From positions 1 through 20,379 of the forward strand of contig JAVJSW010000082.1 of NCBI GenBank assembly GCA_040219255.1: DNA of 20,379 nt, in the 5' to 3' direction. Position 1 is the stretch's first letter. Every line of letters starts with the position of its first letter. The notes under the pieces were generated by a model. It saw nothing but the letters and a program-made list of their open reading frames with translations. It was not told the origin of the DNA and ran no database searches. Below, piece after piece: positions 16,057-20,379 of this stretch. Source of the DNA: Sumerlaeia bacterium (GTDB lineage: Bacteria; Sumerlaeota; Sumerlaeia; SLMS01; JAHLLQ01). Made by a program: the position numbers and the translations under genes.

Positions 16057-17547
16057 TCAATCCCACACCACGGCGGCGGCGGCAGGTTTCTTTGTGGCCG
16101 GGGAGGGAGCGGGCTTGGCGGCGGCGAGTTCGATGGTGAAGCGGGCGCCGCCCTCGGGCCGGGTGGCGGCGTGGATCGTGCCGCCGTGGTCTTCGATCAT
16201 GCGGCGGGCGATGGCGAGCCCGAAGCCCGATCCGCCTTTGCGGTGCGAGACGAAGACCTGGAAGATTTCTTCTTCCTTGCCTGAGGGCAGGCCCGGGCCG
16301 GTGTCTTCAATGTGGATGCGCCATCGCCGGCCGCCGTGGGCCGATTCGGCGCGCACCGTCAGATCGCGCTGGTGGCACTCGGCGCAGGCTTCCATGGCCT
16401 GGGCGCCATTGAGAAGAATGTTGAGGAGGATCTGGCGAATGGCGGTGGGGTCGGCCTCGATCCAGGTGTCGGGGGGAATGTCGCGCTTGAGGGCCACGCC
16501 GCGGGATTCGAACTCGGGTTCGAGGAAGGCGGCGACGTCGGACAGCATGGCGCAGAGGCGCAGGGGTTCTTTCTCGATTCTGCCCGGCAAGGCATAGTTC
16601 ATGAAGTTCGAGACGATGGCGTTGAGGTTGAGAATCTGCTTCTGAACGCGGCCCACGATCAGGGCGGTTTCCTTCTGAGTGCCGGAGCCGCAGGGCATTT
16701 CCAGTTCCTCGCGGGCGGCGTCGAGGTGCAGGTTCATGGCGTGGAGCGGGTTGCGGATTTCGTGGGCGAGGCTGCTGGCCAGGGTGCCGATTTCCGCCAT
16801 GCGCTCGGCTTCCTGATGGCGCTCTTGCAGGCGCAGATGGCGGCAGTTGGCCCGCAGCAGCAGGAGCACCGCAGCGCCGAGGCAGAGGAGCACAAGGGTA
16901 ACCATGAGGAACAGGCTGTGGCTGATGGCGCTGCTGATGGGGTCGAGGCGGCCGAGGGCGAGGCGGGGGCTGTGGCCGTATTCCAGGTAACCGGCGATTT
17001 CTCCGCCGTGGCGAATGGGGACCTTGATGGATTCGGTGCCTTCGGGCATGTCGCGCACTTCCAGCTCCCACCGGAAGCCTTCCGTGCCGTGGACGTTGCC
17101 TTCCGCTTCCTGGCCGGGGCGGACGGGGCACATCTCCATCATCTGGCGGTCGCTGAATTGCTGATAAAGGACGTCGCCATTGGCGTTGAGGACCGCGGCG
17201 AGGACGACGCCTCCCTCGCGCGAGAGGATTTTCAGGTGGGCCACCACTTCCGGGTCCCTCACCACATCGGGCAGGCCCTGGGCGTGGCGGGTTTCCATGA
17301 CGCGCTGGACGTCGCGGGCGACCTCTTCGCTGAGAAGTTTGGCTTCTTCGCGGGCCACTTCGACCAGGTGGTTTTTCATCTGCTGCACCAGAATCGCCCC
17401 CACCACGACGACGACGAGGCCGGTGACGATAAAGGTCACGGCGCCGATCATCATGGTCTTGATGCGGAAATTCATCCGTTGCGTCGCCTCGCGGGCCTTG
17501 CGAAACGGATTGAGGGACTTGGATTTGGGCGGCGTATCCTGGGTCAA
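16057..17547 (-). CDS. Membrane sensor histidine kinase (HisKA + HATPase_c)
   Basis: Two TM helices flank a periplasmic domain. H-box LAHEIRNPL, N-box LLNILLNGAQAM, G1 DTGPG, F-box IFQVF, G2 GSGFGL. Start is either TTG 17547 or ATG 17475. Confidence 0.93.
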   Translation of the reverse strand: MTQDTPPKSKSLNPFRKAREATQRMNFRIKTMMIGAVTFIVTGLVVVVVGAILVQQMKNHLVEVAREEAKLLSEEVARDVQRVMETRHAQGLPDVVRDPEVVAHLKILSREGGVVLAAVLNANGDVLYQQFSDRQMMEMCPVRPGQEAEGNVHGTEGFRWELEVRDMPEGTESIKVPIRHGGEIAGYLEYGHSPRLALGRLDPISSAISHSLFLMVTLVLLCLGAAVLLLLRANCRHLRLQERHQEAERMAEIGTLASSLAHEIRNPLHAMNLHLDAAREELEMPCGSGTQKETALIVGRVQKQILNLNAIVSNFMNYALPGRIEKEPLRLCAMLSDVAAFLEPEFESRGVALKRDIPPDTWIEADPTAIRQILLNILLNGAQAMEACAECHQRDLTVRAESAHGGRRWRIHIEDTGPGLPSGKEEEIFQVFVSHRKGGSGFGLAIARRMIEDHGGTIHAATRPEGGARFTIELAAAKPAPSPATKKPAAAAVVWD

Positions 17548-17574
17548 AGGGGTTCGGTCTCCGTCGAGGGTCCT

Positions 17575-17604
17575 TTCCGGTATGTCGCTCCGTCAGGCTA
17601 CAAT
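17575..17604 (+). promoter_or_regulatory. Possible promoter for the GT operon
   Basis: TACAAT at 17599-17604 with a weak TTCCGG 18 bp upstream, in the divergent AT-richer gap. Confidence 0.35.
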
Positions 17605-17655
17605 CTTTATGCCCGCTGAAGTTCAAGTCAATTCTGGCCTCGGGGTTGGCCGAGA

Positions 17656-18897
17656 ATGAGCCGTGGCGTGGTTTTCGGCCGGTGGATGGCGCTGCACGGG
17701 GCGCTGGTGCGTCAGGTTGTCCGGGGCCTTGCGCCGGATGGAGTCATCGAGTCTTGGCGCGGGGCGGCGGCGGAAAGCGCCCGGCGCGGCACGCTGCCGC
17801 TGGTTCTATACTCTCAAGTCGCATGGGACGATGTGTGGCAGCGGCCCCAGGAACTGGCGCGGGGTCTGGCGGCGCGGCGGCCGGTGCTGTATGTGTCTCC
17901 GGTGCAGGTGCACCGGGCGGCGGGGCCTCAGCGCGGGCGGTGGACGCCGGTGCGGGCCGAGGCGCAGGGACGGCTGCTGGTGCTGGCGCCGCTGCGGCTC
18001 TCGGGCGAGTACAAGGCGGGTGCGGCGCGGCGGCTGAACCGGGCGATCGTCGAGCGAGCACTCGGGCCGGTGGTCGCTGGCATCCCGCACTTGTTCCTGA
18101 CCAATTCTCCGTTCAGCGGCCATCTAGCCCGAGCCGCCCAGCCCGAGGTCACGGGCTACGATTTGATCGATGACTTCTGCGCGTTCGACTGGGCCCATCC
18201 GGACGGTCGCGCGCAGGAGCGGTGGCTGCTGGAAAATTGCCGGTTCGCTTTTGCCGGGACGGAGTCGTTGCGCGAGGCTTACGCTGACAAGTTCGCTCGC
18301 TTGACGGCGCCGCTGGAATACCTGCCGAGCGGCGTCGCCTTCGAGCGGCTGACGGCCCCACAGCCGGAACCGCCGGAGCTGCGAGGCCTGCCCCGGCCCC
18401 GGCTGCTGTACGTCGGCAGCCTGAACGACCGCATGGACGGCGCCCTGATCGCCCGGGTGGCGGAGGCTTTTCCCGAGGGGAGCCTGATCCTGGTGGGGCC
18501 GAAGGGCCGCACGTTTTCCGCCCCGCCGTTTCCGGGAAATGTGCGCGAGCTGGGTCTGAGGCCTCATGCGGATTTGCCGGGGTTTTATCAGCACTGCGAC
18601 GCCGGGCTGATGCCCTTTGCCGACAACGAAGCGGCCCGCGCCATCAATCCGATCAAAACGCTGGAGTACCTGGCTTGCGGGTTGCCGACGCTCTCGACGC
18701 CGATCCCGGACGTCGAGCGCTTCTATCGCCCCCACGTGGATATCGCCCGGCCCGCGGACTGGCCCGAGCGGCTGCGACGGATGCTGGCGGAGGAGTCGGA
18801 GAAGAAACGCTCGGCGCGCCGCGAGTTCGCCCGCGGCCGAAGCTGGGAGGCGCTTTGCGAACGGGTCGAGGCGATGCTGCGGGAGGTGGAGCGGTGA
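17656..18897 (+). CDS. GT-B glycosyltransferase, GT4-like (TuaH-type)
   Basis: Motifs W...WQRPQELA, YDLIDD, LPSGV, LLYVGSL, GLMPF and INPIKTLEYLACGLPTLST. Exact start uncertain. Confidence 0.9.
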   Translation: MSRGVVFGRWMALHGALVRQVVRGLAPDGVIESWRGAAAESARRGTLPLVLYSQVAWDDVWQRPQELARGLAARRPVLYVSPVQVHRAAGPQRGRWTPVRAEAQGRLLVLAPLRLSGEYKAGAARRLNRAIVERALGPVVAGIPHLFLTNSPFSGHLARAAQPEVTGYDLIDDFCAFDWAHPDGRAQERWLLENCRFAFAGTESLREAYADKFARLTAPLEYLPSGVAFERLTAPQPEPPELRGLPRPRLLYVGSLNDRMDGALIARVAEAFPEGSLILVGPKGRTFSAPPFPGNVRELGLRPHADLPGFYQHCDAGLMPFADNEAARAINPIKTLEYLACGLPTLSTPIPDVERFYRPHVDIARPADWPERLRRMLAEESEKKRSARREFARGRSWEALCERVEAMLREVER

Positions 18898-20379
18898 AGT
18901 TCCTCTTCGTTTGTCACCGCTGGGGAGGCGATCTCGTCGGCGGGGCCGAGATTCATCACCGGCGGCTTGTCCGTGACCTGATGGATTTGGGGCACGAGGT
19001 GGAGGTCTGGACGACGACGGGCCGCGAGATCGAACCGGTGGCGCATTGGGCGGTGCAGTGGCACGAGGGCTACGCGCGGGGCGAGGCCGTGGAGGATGGT
19101 GTGCGGGTGCGGCGGTGGCCGCTGAAGCCAGTGCGGCGCGAACTGTTGGGGCTGGGGGCGAAGTGGCTCCAGCGGCGGATGGAGGAGAGCTTTGTCTCCC
19201 TGATGTCGGCGGAAGCACAGGATTTCGTGGCGCGGGCAAAGGCATCGCTGGAGCCGTGCCTGCTGTCGGGCTGGCATCTGCCGGAGTTGGAAAATGGGCG
19301 GGCGGTGCGATGGACGGGAAGGCGGTCGAGCTTGGTGCTGCCGGCGCTACGGGATCGGCGGGTGGAGCTGACGGTGAGCGGATTCGCGCCCAAGCGCACG
19401 CGGCTGATCGCGCACACGGGGGCGGGCAAGCGGGTGGCGAGCGGGCCGTTGAAGGGCTGGTTCACGGCGCGGCTGGCGCTCGAACCCTGGCAGCCCTTGG
19501 TGGAACTGGAGACGACGCGCTGCTTTCGGCCGCTGAAGGATCACCGGACGCTGGGGGTGCGGGTGACGGAGGTGTGCTGGCGGTTGGAGGTGGGGCCGGA
19601 AGAGCGGTTGGATTTGTGGGACGACATGCGGGCGCTGGGGCGGCGGCATTTTCGGGAGTGGTCGGCGGTGCTATGGCGCCATGGTCAGGACTGTCCCGAG
19701 CGGGCGGGGCGGGTGTTCGATTGGCTGCGGGGGCCGCGATGCCCGGGTTTGGCGAGGGCGCTGCGGAACCCGCCGGCGGATTGCGACGCGGTCATCGCGG
19801 GGAATTTACCGTGGTCGATTTTGCCCATGGTGGCGCGCAATCTGCCGAGGGAGGCGAAGCTGCTGGCGATGCCGCTGTGGCATGTGGAGGACGACTACTA
19901 CTATTGGCCGCAGTACGCGGAGGCGCTGCGGCGGGCGGACCTGATATTGGCGAACACGCAGTTCAGCGCGCGCGAGTTTTTCGGCCGGTTCCTGCCCGGG
20001 AACCCGGCGGCTTTTGTAGGACCGGGGGTGCCGGAACCGCCGCGCGAGACTCCGGCGGGGCTGGAGGCGGCGGCCTGGAAGGAAGCGCACGGCATCGGGC
20101 GGGGGGAGTTCCTGGTGCTGTCCGTGTCGCGAAAGAGTCCGGAAAAGCGCTACGAAGTGATCGGCGACGCGGTGGCGATGTTGCGCGTGAAGGGGAAAGC
20201 GGCGCGGTTCGCGCTCGTGGGGCCGGACGCCGATGGGCGGCCGGTGGACGACGGGGTGCGGTTGCTGGGCAGGCTGGACGATGCGGAGTTGGATGCGGCT
20301 TACCGGGTTTGCGACGCGTTCGCCCTGATGAGCGACAGCGAGTCCTTCGGGATGGTGCTGGCGGAGGCGATGATGCGCG
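18894..20379 (+). CDS. GT4 glycosyltransferase with an inserted beta-sandwich-like domain (partial, runs off the window; not in the ORF track)
   Basis: GTG 18894 overlaps the previous TGA, with a GGAGG RBS. Reads MKFLFVCHRWGGDLVGGAEIH...GHEVEVWTT...VSRKSPEKR...ESFGMVLAEAM and stays open to the window end. Confidence 0.9.
   Translation, partial: MKFLFVCHRWGGDLVGGAEIHHRRLVRDLMDLGHEVEVWTTTGREIEPVAHWAVQWHEGYARGEAVEDGVRVRRWPLKPVRRELLGLGAKWLQRRMEESFVSLMSAEAQDFVARAKASLEPCLLSGWHLPELENGRAVRWTGRRSSLVLPALRDRRVELTVSGFAPKRTRLIAHTGAGKRVASGPLKGWFTARLALEPWQPLVELETTRCFRPLKDHRTLGVRVTEVCWRLEVGPEERLDLWDDMRALGRRHFREWSAVLWRHGQDCPERAGRVFDWLRGPRCPGLARALRNPPADCDAVIAGNLPWSILPMVARNLPREAKLLAMPLWHVEDDYYYWPQYAEALRRADLILANTQFSAREFFGRFLPGNPAAFVGPGVPEPPRETPAGLEAAAWKEAHGIGRGEFLVLSVSRKSPEKRYEVIGDAVAMLRVKGKAARFALVGPDADGRPVDDGVRLLGRLDDAELDAAYRVCDAFALMSDSESFGMVLAEAMMR

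Noticed and set aside
16372-16386. CxxCH (CAECH) heme-c motif in the histidine kinase
   Set aside because: It lies in a variable loop after the N-box of the cytoplasmic ATPase domain, away from periplasmic cytochrome c maturation. Likely coincidental.
16307-17626. Two ~435-aa ORFs overlapping the kinase
   Set aside because: They are alternative-frame and antisense shadows with low-complexity translations.

Overview
High-GC bacterial DNA that is almost entirely protein-coding. I see no rRNA, tRNA or CRISPR array. The lineage is uncertain; a W-M-L-Y motif near one C-terminus and DPF repeats tentatively suggest Sumerlaeota/BRC1 or a PVC-like diderm. The window opens with a decayed ISAs1-family transposase. 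A + strand cluster of uncharacterised envelope genes follows (530-6194): an exported Gly/Pro-rich DPF-repeat protein, a tail-anchored helical protein, a 1067-aa lipoprotein built of about 12 tandem ~72-aa DUF4398-like helical units, a 39-aa membrane peptide missing from the ORF track, and a soluble paralogue of the tail-anchored protein. It runs into a GT9 and a GT-C-type membrane glycosyltransferase. Next come a pteridine-reductase-like SDR, an exported 12xCxxC + HEXXH (DA1-like) peptidase, a HEAT-repeat protein, a GDSL esterase, a beta-repeat lipoprotein, two hypothetical proteins (one TPR/Pro-rich), an orphan histidine kinase and two GT4-type glycosyltransferases, the last running off the window. 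The 530-6194 cluster is the best candidate for an undescribed system. All family calls come from motif recognition by eye, not database searches.
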